DNA of 39,678 bases, taken from an uncultured archaeon. Lineage in GTDB: Archaea > Asgardarchaeota > Lokiarchaeia > Sigyniarchaeales > SOKP01. This document shows, in pieces, positions 19,455 through 28,037 of the stretch (positions are counted from its first letter, which is position 1; each line of letters starts with the position of its first letter). The position numbers were made by a program, and so were the translations under genes. Location of the stretch: contig CAZOYD010000030.1 of NCBI GenBank assembly GCA_964583985.1, positions 1 through 39,678 of the forward strand, written 5' to 3'. The notes under the pieces were generated by a model, which saw only the letters and a list, made by a program, of their open reading frames with translations, searched no databases and was not told the DNA's origin.

Positions 19455-19550
19455 ATTGATCGTTTTCCTCCACAATTATATTTTTAGATAATATTTTGTT
19501 GAAATTAATTATTTTTTAAGAGTTTGTTATATAGTTATACATCTTTTCGA

Positions 19551-19561
19551 TATTTAAAGAT
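19551..19561 (-). promoter_or_regulatory. Probable TATA box of histone copy 2
   Basis: ATCTTTAAATA on the minus strand, same as 18929-18939. Confidence 0.55.
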
Positions 19562-19931
19562 TTTGGTAATTTCAGAAAATTTGGAAGAAAAAAAGTGAAA
19601 AGAATTTACGACAAAATTCCGATCCATATAATGGATCAATCTGGTGTAAGTTAGGGTATTTTAACCGAATTCTTAATTCTATCAAAATTTGAATCTCAAA
19701 TGATCAATAATTTGAGGAAAATATTATTTATAATAAATTATGAAAAAAAATCAAGAGATAGATGAATTTTTATCAAATTGTGAAGTGTTGAAAATGGATA
19801 TTTCGTACTGAGTAGACCGAAAAAAATTTCTTAAAATAATTATTTTTAACGCCAGATATTTTAAATCCAGCGAAATATAATAAGATCGGATTGATATCTT
19901 AAGGAAAGAAAGAGAAATTGGGTGATTAAAT

Positions 19932-20537
19932 TCACATTTCAGAGGTTGAGACACGATTGGTTTTTCGGGATCTTACTCCTAAAACAACAAATAATAACAC
20001 GTGAAGGATTGACCCAAATAAAATTCCATAAAATAGTTCAATAATACTTGCCATGGCAGTCAATCCCAAACCTATTAATACATACAATCCTAGTGGAATA
20101 TTTACTATTAAGCTGACGATCAATCCTGGATTATATCGCCTGAATCGAATGCTTGCAATAACATGAACAAATCCGTTAAAAGCAACAAGAGTCATTAGTA
20201 TCACCGGAAATATGATTGAAATGTTGCCTAAAACAATTAAGACCGGTGTTAGTATCCAGATTAACCCTATATTTATAATCAAAATCATTTTATCGGTCAA
20301 AACTTCGCGAGTGTTTTCTCCTCGAAGAAATATCTTGTTCATCTCCTCTTTGAATCCTCCAGGATACACGTATTCCTCGAATTGGTGGATCATGTAGAGG
20401 GGTAAGCTAAGCCAATACAACCATTCGAAACTCCCAATTGGTGCTTTTGAATTTAAGAATAGCAAGAGGAGGATAAAAATTGCTGCAATAAGTCCCGCTT
20501 TAGCCCAATATTCATAAAATAATTTCTGTTCACTCAT
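19932..20537 (-). CDS. HXXEE-domain membrane protein
   Basis: IHQFEEYVYPGGF, N...H and YNPGL motifs; multiple TM segments. Confidence 0.9.
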   Translation of the reverse strand: MSEQKLFYEYWAKAGLIAAIFILLLLFLNSKAPIGSFEWLYWLSLPLYMIHQFEEYVYPGGFKEEMNKIFLRGENTREVLTDKMILIINIGLIWILTPVLIVLGNISIIFPVILMTLVAFNGFVHVIASIRFRRYNPGLIVSLIVNIPLGLYVLIGLGLTAMASIIELFYGILFGSILHVLLFVVLGVRSRKTNRVSTSEM

Positions 20538-20645
20538 GATATATTTTATATTCTACATTCTTTTAAAGTTTAATGGGAGGTTGATTTAAAGCCCATTTCA
20601 TGATTATCAATATGAGTTTGTAGAAGTATTAAGTTAGAATTACAT

Positions 20646-21638
20646 TTACTTCCATACAATTTGTGAGTTGTTGCACTGGAGGCAAGTAATTGCGACACCC
20701 TTTTGTGGCATGTATGATAGCGGAGCTCCACAATATTCACATTCGAGATTGCGAATTTGGTCTATTGAATCAATTATCCCATCGATTAACATTTGACTTG
20801 CGAATTCGTTTGCAACCTTGGAAAGAAGAGATATGAGGAGATGTGGATTTTTAGCGATTGCGATCCATTCTATCTTGTTTTGAACTATTTGTCCAATTAT
20901 CAATACTTCATCACTTGAAACTAGGTCTACGCCAAAATACCATGCTACTCGATTTTCCTTATTCATTGTGATTAGTTGAAAGTTTTGATTTTGTATGTTT
21001 TGACATAATTTGGAAAAAAAGAAGTCGGGATCAAATTGAGTTTTTATTCCAACCCCGATACTCTTAATGGCTCTTACGTTTTCAAGTGATTTGGAGAATG
21101 GAGAGATTTGGGAGCTTGGGACGATGCATTTTTCTATGGAAAGAGGAGTTAACATGATTAGGATTGGCTTTGAATCTAATGCGCGGACAAAATCTTTATT
21201 ATTTACAAAAGTCACGTAAGATCTAATTTCTCCTTCTCTTTCAAGATCCAAGGGAGATAAAAATATATTGACTTGATGATGGGATTCTGGAGTGATTTCT
21301 TCAAACTGAATCCTTACTTGCTTTTGCTCATCTTCTTCTGGGTTGAGAGGATCTAATATCATGTGGGGAGGATCACTTCTGATAAGATCTAAGAAAGCGG
21401 GAAATCTAATTTTGGTTTTTACTTCTTTTATTGGTGCTTTACTTTGATTGGCAATTAGCGTGGAATATCGATACATGCTTCCAAATGGTTTTAATTCATG
21501 GATGAGCTTAACTTTATCTTCTTGATCTATTTGTTCAAGAGAAATAACTCGTTTTAGCAGTCCTTTTGGACTCTTTTCATCCCGAAATGATACAAGATCG
21601 CTGATTTTTTCATCAGCGGGGTTTTTCTTGTCATTCAT
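20646..21638 (-). CDS. Hypothetical protein: putative coatomer/adaptin appendage-like domain plus C-terminal zinc ribbon
   Basis: Long ORF ending in CEYC...CLQC. The appendage assignment is a by-eye pattern resemblance only. Confidence 0.7.
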   Translation of the reverse strand: MNDKKNPADEKISDLVSFRDEKSPKGLLKRVISLEQIDQEDKVKLIHELKPFGSMYRYSTLIANQSKAPIKEVKTKIRFPAFLDLIRSDPPHMILDPLNPEEDEQKQVRIQFEEITPESHHQVNIFLSPLDLEREGEIRSYVTFVNNKDFVRALDSKPILIMLTPLSIEKCIVPSSQISPFSKSLENVRAIKSIGVGIKTQFDPDFFFSKLCQNIQNQNFQLITMNKENRVAWYFGVDLVSSDEVLIIGQIVQNKIEWIAIAKNPHLLISLLSKVANEFASQMLIDGIIDSIDQIRNLECEYCGAPLSYMPQKGVAITCLQCNNSQIVWK

Positions 21639-21767
21639 ATAATTTCTTCCGATTCACGCGAAAAATCGATTTTTATCGTTATAATATTGATATGAATGTA
21701 TTGATTTTTAATTTTTTATTTTATATCATCTTTTTTTATAAATGATCACTAATACTAGGTGATAGAA

Positions 21768-22466
21768 ATGGAAATTTTGAAAGATTTGGATGCAATGTTT
21801 GAAAGTGATACAATAAAACCAACTTTCGATCACGTTCATATCTTGCTTTCTTTATTAATATTTGAAAATCATCCACAAGGAATTGGTCGATATCGTTTAA
21901 AAGAAGAATTACTCATAGGCATGGGAACTGCAAGATCGTTGATCACTCGCTTGAAGGATAGAGTGGATTTCATTAGAGTTTCAGGAGGAAAAGACCAAAA
22001 TGATCGACCTACAAAACGATTAGGGCATGTTTTGACAGAAAAAGGAACAGCATTTCTTGAAAGAGTTAAGAAGAAAATCCCCCTATTAAAAAGGGGTGAT
22101 TTAAAAGTATTAAAAGATATAATTATCGAAGCGGACAGTAATTATCCTTATATTTGTGTTGTAAAACAAGGAGAGGCTAAAATTAAATATGGTATGGAAC
22201 AACGAGATGCAGCAATCAAGGTGAATGGCTCAGGTGCTACGTGTCTTGTTTATGATGGAAGCCATTTTGTATTTCCGGCATCTTCAAGCGTGAATGATCA
22301 AGATTTCATTGAGAAAGCAAATAAAAACATTGAAGATTATTTTAAAAATCTGATTTTTTCATCAAACAACACTTTAGAAAGAGGAGATGTGTTTATTATT
22401 GGTTTAGGGAATGAACCAAATAAAGCGAGATTAGCTTCCTTAAATGCAGCACTTACGTTAATTTGA
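21768..22466 (+). CDS. Archaeal winged-HTH protein (DUF2111/DUF4443-like)
   Basis: GIGRYRLKEELLIGMGTARSLITRL HTH; GMEQRDAAIKVNGSGAT signature; AGGTGA RBS at 21757-21762 favours ATG 21768. Confidence 0.75.
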   Translation: MEILKDLDAMFESDTIKPTFDHVHILLSLLIFENHPQGIGRYRLKEELLIGMGTARSLITRLKDRVDFIRVSGGKDQNDRPTKRLGHVLTEKGTAFLERVKKKIPLLKRGDLKVLKDIIIEADSNYPYICVVKQGEAKIKYGMEQRDAAIKVNGSGATCLVYDGSHFVFPASSSVNDQDFIEKANKNIEDYFKNLIFSSNNTLERGDVFIIGLGNEPNKARLASLNAALTLI

Positions 22467-22486
22467 TGTTATAAAGATGGAGAGAT

Positions 22487-23011
22487 ATGAAGAAACAGAA
22501 CGACATACAATTATTATTAGATCCGGAGACCCTTTTAGACCTAATAAAGTGTGTAGAAAATGCCTTCCCAAGTGAAGCGTGTGGTTTAATTTTTGGAAAT
22601 ATTTTAGAAATACCAAATGAACAACAAGAAGATGATTACTATTATCAATATGTTTGCAGAAATTTTCATTGTATCTCCCCTGATAAGAGTTCTTCAGTAT
22701 CTTTTTTGATCACAAATGAGGAACTCTTACACGATATAATATTTAATGAAACGCAAGCACTCGCTGATAATAATGAAATGAGATTAATCAGCGTTTTTCA
22801 TTCTCATCCAAAAGGAACCAGCCCTAGTTTAACTGATATGGATCAAATGAAATATCTGGATTATTTCAGTTCAATAAATCATAATTATGGAAATAAAGCA
22901 TTTAAGCATTTAATTTGGGTTATTATGGACGCGGTTAATCACAATTTGGATGGATATATTTATTTTGAAAGGGAAATCCAGCAAGTTAAAATTTTATCGA
23001 GCAAAATTTAG
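22487..23011 (+). CDS. JAB1/MPN+ (JAMM, M67 family) metalloprotease
   Basis: EACG plus FHSHP-x4-PSLTD gives a complete E...HxHx7Sx2D JAMM motif. Confidence 0.9.
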   Translation: MKKQNDIQLLLDPETLLDLIKCVENAFPSEACGLIFGNILEIPNEQQEDDYYYQYVCRNFHCISPDKSSSVSFLITNEELLHDIIFNETQALADNNEMRLISVFHSHPKGTSPSLTDMDQMKYLDYFSSINHNYGNKAFKHLIWVIMDAVNHNLDGYIYFEREIQQVKILSSKI

Positions 23012-23019
23012 GAGTAATT

Positions 23020-23661
23020 TTATTGAACTTGCTTGAATCCGTTTTTATCAATCGTACAGATTTGAATTTTATGACCTGAAGCGGAATCTCTTTCTTTTGA
23101 ACTTGATATCGCTGTTTTAATTAATTCAATTCCTTGAGCTATAGTTAGGTCAGGTTTCCAATCAGCTTCCAAAACTCCAAGAGAAAAGGGTGAACCACTT
23201 CCAAAGGATAGGAATTTGTCTTCTTCATAAAATGTACCGAGCAAATCTATCCCATATAATTCTCCTTTATTCTTTTTCAAGGAAAATCCCCCAACTATCA
23301 TCATTGCTAGGTAATATGATCGACCACTAAATAATATATTTCGAGTCACGTTAGCAATATATCTGGGTTCAGGCACTTCTTCTAATTCTACTTGTTTTAG
23401 CATGGAAAATGATTTTAATTGATTAACAATGTACTGACAATCAGCAACTCCCCCTGAAATTGTAGCACAAGTGAAATCATTAATTTGGAATAGTTTTTGA
23501 GCGGTCTTCGAAGCTACGTTATAACCTGCTGTGGCTTGGCTTTCTGTTCCTACCACGACAGCATCTTTAACTATCATTCCAACAGTGGTTGTACTTGTTT
23601 TAATCACGTGTTGTATGGTTTCTTCATCAACTTTTAGATTCTTTGCAATTTTTTCCATCAT
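23020..23661 (-). CDS. psmB: 20S proteasome beta subunit
   Basis: Propeptide then TTTVG; Glu17, Lys33, SGGVAD, GSGS and RDSASG motifs. Confidence 0.93.
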   Translation of the reverse strand: MMEKIAKNLKVDEETIQHVIKTSTTTVGMIVKDAVVVGTESQATAGYNVASKTAQKLFQINDFTCATISGGVADCQYIVNQLKSFSMLKQVELEEVPEPRYIANVTRNILFSGRSYYLAMMIVGGFSLKKNKGELYGIDLLGTFYEEDKFLSFGSGSPFSLGVLEADWKPDLTIAQGIELIKTAISSSKERDSASGHKIQICTIDKNGFKQVQ

Positions 23662-23830
23662 TTTCCCAAACAGACCTTTTTCATGTAAATAGATATCAAT
23701 TATTAAGATAATAAATTATTTTCTCTATATTTATTTTTCTTTTAAAAATTATAAATAAATAACTATTTCAGCAAACAGCAAAATTTTAAAGATATCCTCC
23801 TTTTTAATAATTTAATATCATCTTTTTGAG

Positions 23831-24217
23831 GTGTTTACATTAGCTAGATCACAAGCCAGAAGCAAGCGCAAATTCACCGGAAAAAAATATAAACGGTTTC
23901 ATAAAAAAAGGAAGAGAGAACTCGAACGACCTCCGATAGAGACTGAAGTTGGTCAAGAAAAAAAGAAGAAACAAAGAACAATGGGAGGTAATTTTAAGCT
24001 TAAGTTATTCTCGGCGACACATATCAATGTTACGGACTTAAAATCAAATAAAACGTCAAAAGTTAAGATCTTGAAATTTGATTCCAATGAATCTTCCAAA
24101 GATTTAAATCGGCGTCATATCATCACCAAGGGAGCAATAGTAGAGACTGAGCTCGGTAAGGCTAAGGTAACTAGTAGACCGGGACAACACGGCGTGATGA
24201 ATGGCGTCTTAATTTAA
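23831..24217 (+). CDS. rps8e: Ribosomal protein S8e (eS8)
   Basis: RSKRKFTG, KRKREL, RTMGGN, IITKGAIVETELG, VTSRPGQHGVMNGVL. Start uncertain. Confidence 0.95.
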   Translation: MFTLARSQARSKRKFTGKKYKRFHKKRKRELERPPIETEVGQEKKKKQRTMGGNFKLKLFSATHINVTDLKSNKTSKVKILKFDSNESSKDLNRRHIITKGAIVETELGKAKVTSRPGQHGVMNGVLI

Positions 24218-24231
24218 CAAATTTTCATAAA

Positions 24232-24942
24232 TTAAATCTTAGACTTGTAATAAATTAAACCATCTAAGACGCGTTCATCAGAATATTTTTGAAGATTTTG
24301 GATGGAAAGCCACCATAAATCATTTTCCCATTCATATTTATCACTTTTTACTTTCTTTTCAGGAAAGAATTCTGTAGATTCATCCATCACTACTGATATT
24401 AAGAATGTAACTGATACATCATTCCAACCTGTCAAAATTGCTAATAATTGATTGCATTTTCGATAATTTAGAGGAGCTTCTTCGTAAATTTCTCTCATTA
24501 ATGAATCCTTTGGAGGAGTGGTTAAATCATCTTTTTCTAACATTCCTCCTGGAATTGTTAACGCCCCCGGATAATATTCTTGAGCCATGGTCCTCTGCCC
24601 TACTAAAATGTAATCTTTGCGTGGAGAAAAAACTAAACATTGCATTCCTAACATCCCAATACCTTTATCAACGGCTATTTTATTCTGCGCCATGTAAATA
24701 ACAGTTGAGAATTTTATCGTCCCAACTCCTAATATCAATTGCTCATTTTCAATTTTAAAATCATAAAGATATAATAAAGTACCATCGTAATCATTTGGAA
24801 ATTTCTTTGCATGATTTTCCCAATAATCTATTCTTTTTTCATCCAAATTAGAATTTAGTTTATACTCTGGATAATTTGTAATACCCCAACTTATATAATC
24901 AAGATCAAGAGATCCTTCCCATCTTATTTTAATTTCTCGCAT
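24232..24942 (-). CDS. NUDIX-domain hydrolase
   Basis: PGGMLE...LMREIYEEA Nudix box; start moved to ATG 24942 (MREIKIR), the ORF is open from 25005. Confidence 0.82.
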   Translation of the reverse strand: MREIKIRWEGSLDLDYISWGITNYPEYKLNSNLDEKRIDYWENHAKKFPNDYDGTLLYLYDFKIENEQLILGVGTIKFSTVIYMAQNKIAVDKGIGMLGMQCLVFSPRKDYILVGQRTMAQEYYPGALTIPGGMLEKDDLTTPPKDSLMREIYEEAPLNYRKCNQLLAILTGWNDVSVTFLISVVMDESTEFFPEKKVKSDKYEWENDLWWLSIQNLQKYSDERVLDGLIYYKSKI

Positions 24943-25001
24943 TTTCAATTTTAGAGATAGTTTTCCGGGTATAATGAGAATACATAATGCGATTCCAAGA
25001 A

Positions 25002-25373
25002 TCATTCTTGAATTTTTATGTTGCGAATGTTCGCTTTTTTCCCATCAATAATTTCAGTATTCTTACTTTCACAATGCTTGCATTGAAATAGTTGGAGCCC
25101 TGTTAAATAGGATTCCTCACTGAGTGAAACAGTAGATGTTTTCCCACATTCTCTACATCTTATATGTCCGGGTATAATTTCAATAACCAATTCTGCACCT
25201 TCAGCTATTGACCCTGTCGTCGCCATTTTAAAAGATTGTTTTAATAATTCCGGAACTATTAAAGTTAATTCACCAATTTCAAGATAAACTTCGGTGATTT
25301 TATTCGAATTATATTTTAACGCTGTAGCTTCAGCTATTTTAAAGATCTGATAAGCAAATGAGAATTCGTGCAT
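25002..25373 (-). CDS. hypA: Hydrogenase maturation nickel metallochaperone HypA
   Basis: N-terminal MHE, IGELT, CRECG and CKHC zinc site. Confidence 0.95.
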   Translation of the reverse strand: MHEFSFAYQIFKIAEATALKYNSNKITEVYLEIGELTLIVPELLKQSFKMATTGSIAEGAELVIEIIPGHIRCRECGKTSTVSLSEESYLTGLQLFQCKHCESKNTEIIDGKKANIRNIKIQE

Positions 25374-25389
25374 AATAAAAACGATATGT

Positions 25390-25686
25390 TTATTTCTTAG
25401 ATTGGGATTGTTTTAATTCTTTAGCGATTTCTATCAATACAGTTGATTTCTTTTTTCCTTTAACATCGACTGCAATTCTTCCAGAATCATCCCACCACGT
25501 TCTAGGATACTTATAACCAGTTTCTAATTGAGTATTATATCCTAATTTACGAGCAGAATTATTTAAATCTTTTGCAGTCACTCGATCAATTGCGTATTTT
25601 ATAGGCACGCGTCTTCCTTGAGCTCGCGTTCTTTTGGAATCAAAATATTGTGGCCAAAAGAGAATAAATGGTTTTCGAGCACGCAT
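25390..25686 (-). CDS. srp19: Signal recognition particle protein SRP19
   Basis: WPQYFDSKRTRAQGRRVP, YPRTWW, GRIAV, KKSTVLIEIA; start at ATG 25686, since the ORF extension to 25788 looks non-coding. Confidence 0.93.
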   Translation of the reverse strand: MRARKPFILFWPQYFDSKRTRAQGRRVPIKYAIDRVTAKDLNNSARKLGYNTQLETGYKYPRTWWDDSGRIAVDVKGKKKSTVLIEIAKELKQSQSKK

Positions 25687-25873
25687 TAATGTTATCCTAC
25701 AATTATTAAATTTATTAAGAATAAAAACCCTCGAAACAATATAAAAATTATTAGAATGATTAATAAGATAATTAAAAATAAATACCATTTAGAATTTCAT
25801 AAAACAGCCCCCTTTTCAAAGGAAATAAATTAACCTAAAATAGAGTTATTTAGCCCGTTCATCAATATCTATT

Positions 25874-25977
25874 GGGAGGGTGGTCTAGCTTGGTATGATA
25901 CAACAACTCAAGCATCTTGGGTAATATTAAATTGGCTGGGGGCCAAGTGGTCGAGGGTTCGAATCCCTCTCCTCCCA
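25874..25977 (+). tRNA. tRNA-Pro(GGG) with a 30-nt intron (25902-25931) at position 27/28
   Basis: Acceptor GGGAGGG/TCCTCCC+A; removing the intron restores stem CTTGG/CCAAG around loop CTGGGGG; T arm GAGGG-TTCGAAT-CCCTC; BHB central helix TGAT/ATTA. Confidence 0.9.
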
Positions 25978-26052
25978 CTTATTTTTCAAATAAATTTTAT
26001 AATATAACGTGAATTATAATTATCAAATTTTTAATATTAAAGAGAAAGAATA

Positions 26053-26697
26053 ATGATATTATTACATAATCCTCAAGCAACTCAAGATGCTTTAAATATA
26101 TTGAGAAGGGGAGATCTTTTTGATTTAAGTGTCATATTCATGCTTGTAGTAGTGCTCTATATTTATTTCAGTGAAGTTAAAAATAAAAATTGGGGAGCCA
26201 TCACTGCTGGTTTATCATTATATACAATTCATTGGTTTGTTGAAATCATCAACAGCTTGGTTCAGACATTTTCGGGTCATGCATTGTGGACCGTTCCCGC
26301 GGGAACGTCCTTCTTAATCTTGATTGGTTTAGGAATAGAATTAAATTTAATGTTTGCTATCGTTGGGATCGCTCAGAGCAAATTATTACCCGATAATCCA
26401 AAAGAAATCATGTTCTCAATTGGGAGAATAGCTGTTCCAAAACCACTTGCTATTGCTATAGGTAATGCTTTAATAGCATCGATAATAGAGATATTCCTCA
26501 CTTATACACGAACGTTTGTATGGGTGTGGGAATGGTGGAATGCAATAACAGTATTTATTTTTGTATACATTCCTTTCTTTGTAGTTTCTGCCTATTCTTA
26601 TTATTGGAAACCTAAAACGCAGAAATCATTCTTAATATCCATGGGAATCATTGATGTGACCTTACTAATTGTCTTTGGCAGCTTACACATGATTTAA
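26053..26697 (+). CDS. Uncharacterised multi-pass membrane protein
   Basis: Six to seven hydrophobic segments; HWFVEIIN, GIEL and IIEI with intramembrane Glu. Confidence 0.8.
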   Translation: MILLHNPQATQDALNILRRGDLFDLSVIFMLVVVLYIYFSEVKNKNWGAITAGLSLYTIHWFVEIINSLVQTFSGHALWTVPAGTSFLILIGLGIELNLMFAIVGIAQSKLLPDNPKEIMFSIGRIAVPKPLAIAIGNALIASIIEIFLTYTRTFVWVWEWWNAITVFIFVYIPFFVVSAYSYYWKPKTQKSFLISMGIIDVTLLIVFGSLHMI

Positions 26698-26817
26698 TTT
26701 TTAAAATCTTTTCTTTTTCTTTTTAAATAACCATAATAAATTAGTTTTAGGTATAATTATTTATATTTGAATATTCTATGTTTATATTATATTTACAAGA
26801 AAAGAGATCGATCCAAC

Positions 26818-27117
26818 ATGAGCGAAGCGGAAGCAGCAGATAAGGGAATGCGCGTATTAGCAGTTTTTGGTGGACTTGTGGCAATTATAGAGGCCGTATT
26901 GCAATTTATAGGTGCCGGTTTAATGCCTTATGGTTTTGGTATATTAGGAGCTGTTTTTTCGGTAGTATTTGCTATTATAGCTATTGCACTAGGAATTAAA
27001 CCAATAAGTTATACTCCTTTTATAATCGCAATTTTAGGTGTACTTTTAATAGTATTTGCAAGTCTGATTGGAGGAATAATAGTTCTTCTTGCCACATTTA
27101 TAGGATTTATAAGCTAA
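26818..27117 (+). CDS. Small hydrophobic membrane protein
   Basis: ATG 26818 (MSEAEAADKG) then 3-4 Gly/Ala-rich TM segments; T-rich tract after the stop. Confidence 0.75.
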   Translation: MSEAEAADKGMRVLAVFGGLVAIIEAVLQFIGAGLMPYGFGILGAVFSVVFAIIAIALGIKPISYTPFIIAILGVLLIVFASLIGGIIVLLATFIGFIS

Positions 27118-27154
27118 ATCACAGTCTTTTTTTTATTTTCATTTTTCAATATAA

Positions 27155-28015
27155 TTAAATGCGATTTGAAAGCAAAGAGAGCGCTATTTTTATCGCCCCT
27201 ATTATCTCAGATATGTTGCCAACTCTTGAAGTGTCAATTATTAACTTTTCTAAACCTAAATATAACGCGCCATAAGCCTTTCCACCTCCAAGATGCACCA
27301 GAGTGCGATAAATTAGATTTCCTGAGATTCCATCTGGAGCAAATATTAGATTTGATTTATTTTCTATGGCTTTTTCAATCAAAATCTCGGCATTAAACAT
27401 TTGAATTTCAGGGTCTTTTTCTTGAAAGAATGATACTATTTTTTCAGCTATTTCAAGTGATTTATCAACGAGGATATCGCGTCCTTTGTCTTCTTTTCTA
27501 CCACCACTTAAAATGCTTACTTTAGGCGTTATTCCAACAAAAAGGAAAAATTTTAACGCACTTTCAATAAAGTCAATCTTGCTTTTGTAATCTCCATATT
27601 CATCAATTCCTACGGGGGCAAAGAAAAACTGATGTCCTTTATAGGTTTCTAATAAAGCCAATCGATTTATTTTTGTTATTTTGAAAAGATTTCTAATATT
27701 TTCAAGGAACTTATTTGAACTCAAACTTCCGCGTATAGCTGTATCAATCAGATCATCCTTTAAATATTTTAATATTTCATACTCAGGCACATCACTCTTA
27801 ATCAGATGAATTTTTGTTTTAGATTTATCCAATTCAATATTTTGAGAGAGAATGTTAAAATCGTTATCACTAATAAATAAATATATCTTAGTTTCATATT
27901 TACTTTGAAAATTTGTTATCGCAGAGGCAATTTTAAGGTTTTGCTCCTTAGATTTCCCTAATCCAATCCCAATTTTTGCTTCCTTTTTTAGCTCAATAGA
28001 ATTAAAATACTTCAT
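27155..28015 (-). CDS. mtxX: MtxX / methanogenesis marker 4 family protein
   Basis: AIRGSLSS, FFAPVGIDE, SGGRKEDKGRD, ILIE, APDGISGNLIYRTLVHLGGG...GA, DTSR. Confidence 0.85.
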   Translation of the reverse strand: MKYFNSIELKKEAKIGIGLGKSKEQNLKIASAITNFQSKYETKIYLFISDNDFNILSQNIELDKSKTKIHLIKSDVPEYEILKYLKDDLIDTAIRGSLSSNKFLENIRNLFKITKINRLALLETYKGHQFFFAPVGIDEYGDYKSKIDFIESALKFFLFVGITPKVSILSGGRKEDKGRDILVDKSLEIAEKIVSFFQEKDPEIQMFNAEILIEKAIENKSNLIFAPDGISGNLIYRTLVHLGGGKAYGALYLGLEKLIIDTSRVGNISEIIGAIKIALSLLSNRI

Positions 28016-28037
28016 AATATCAAACTGATTTGAGTAA

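Larger units (their letters stand above)
18630..19480. repeat. Direct repeat of the histone gene unit (offset 595 bp)
   Basis: 18630-18789 is identical to 19225-19384 (160 bp); near-identity continues through the RBS. Confidence 0.92.

Noticed and set aside
25690-25870. SRP RNA next to srp19
   Set aside because: The spacer is short and AT-rich with no GC-rich helices; it is better explained as divergent promoters.
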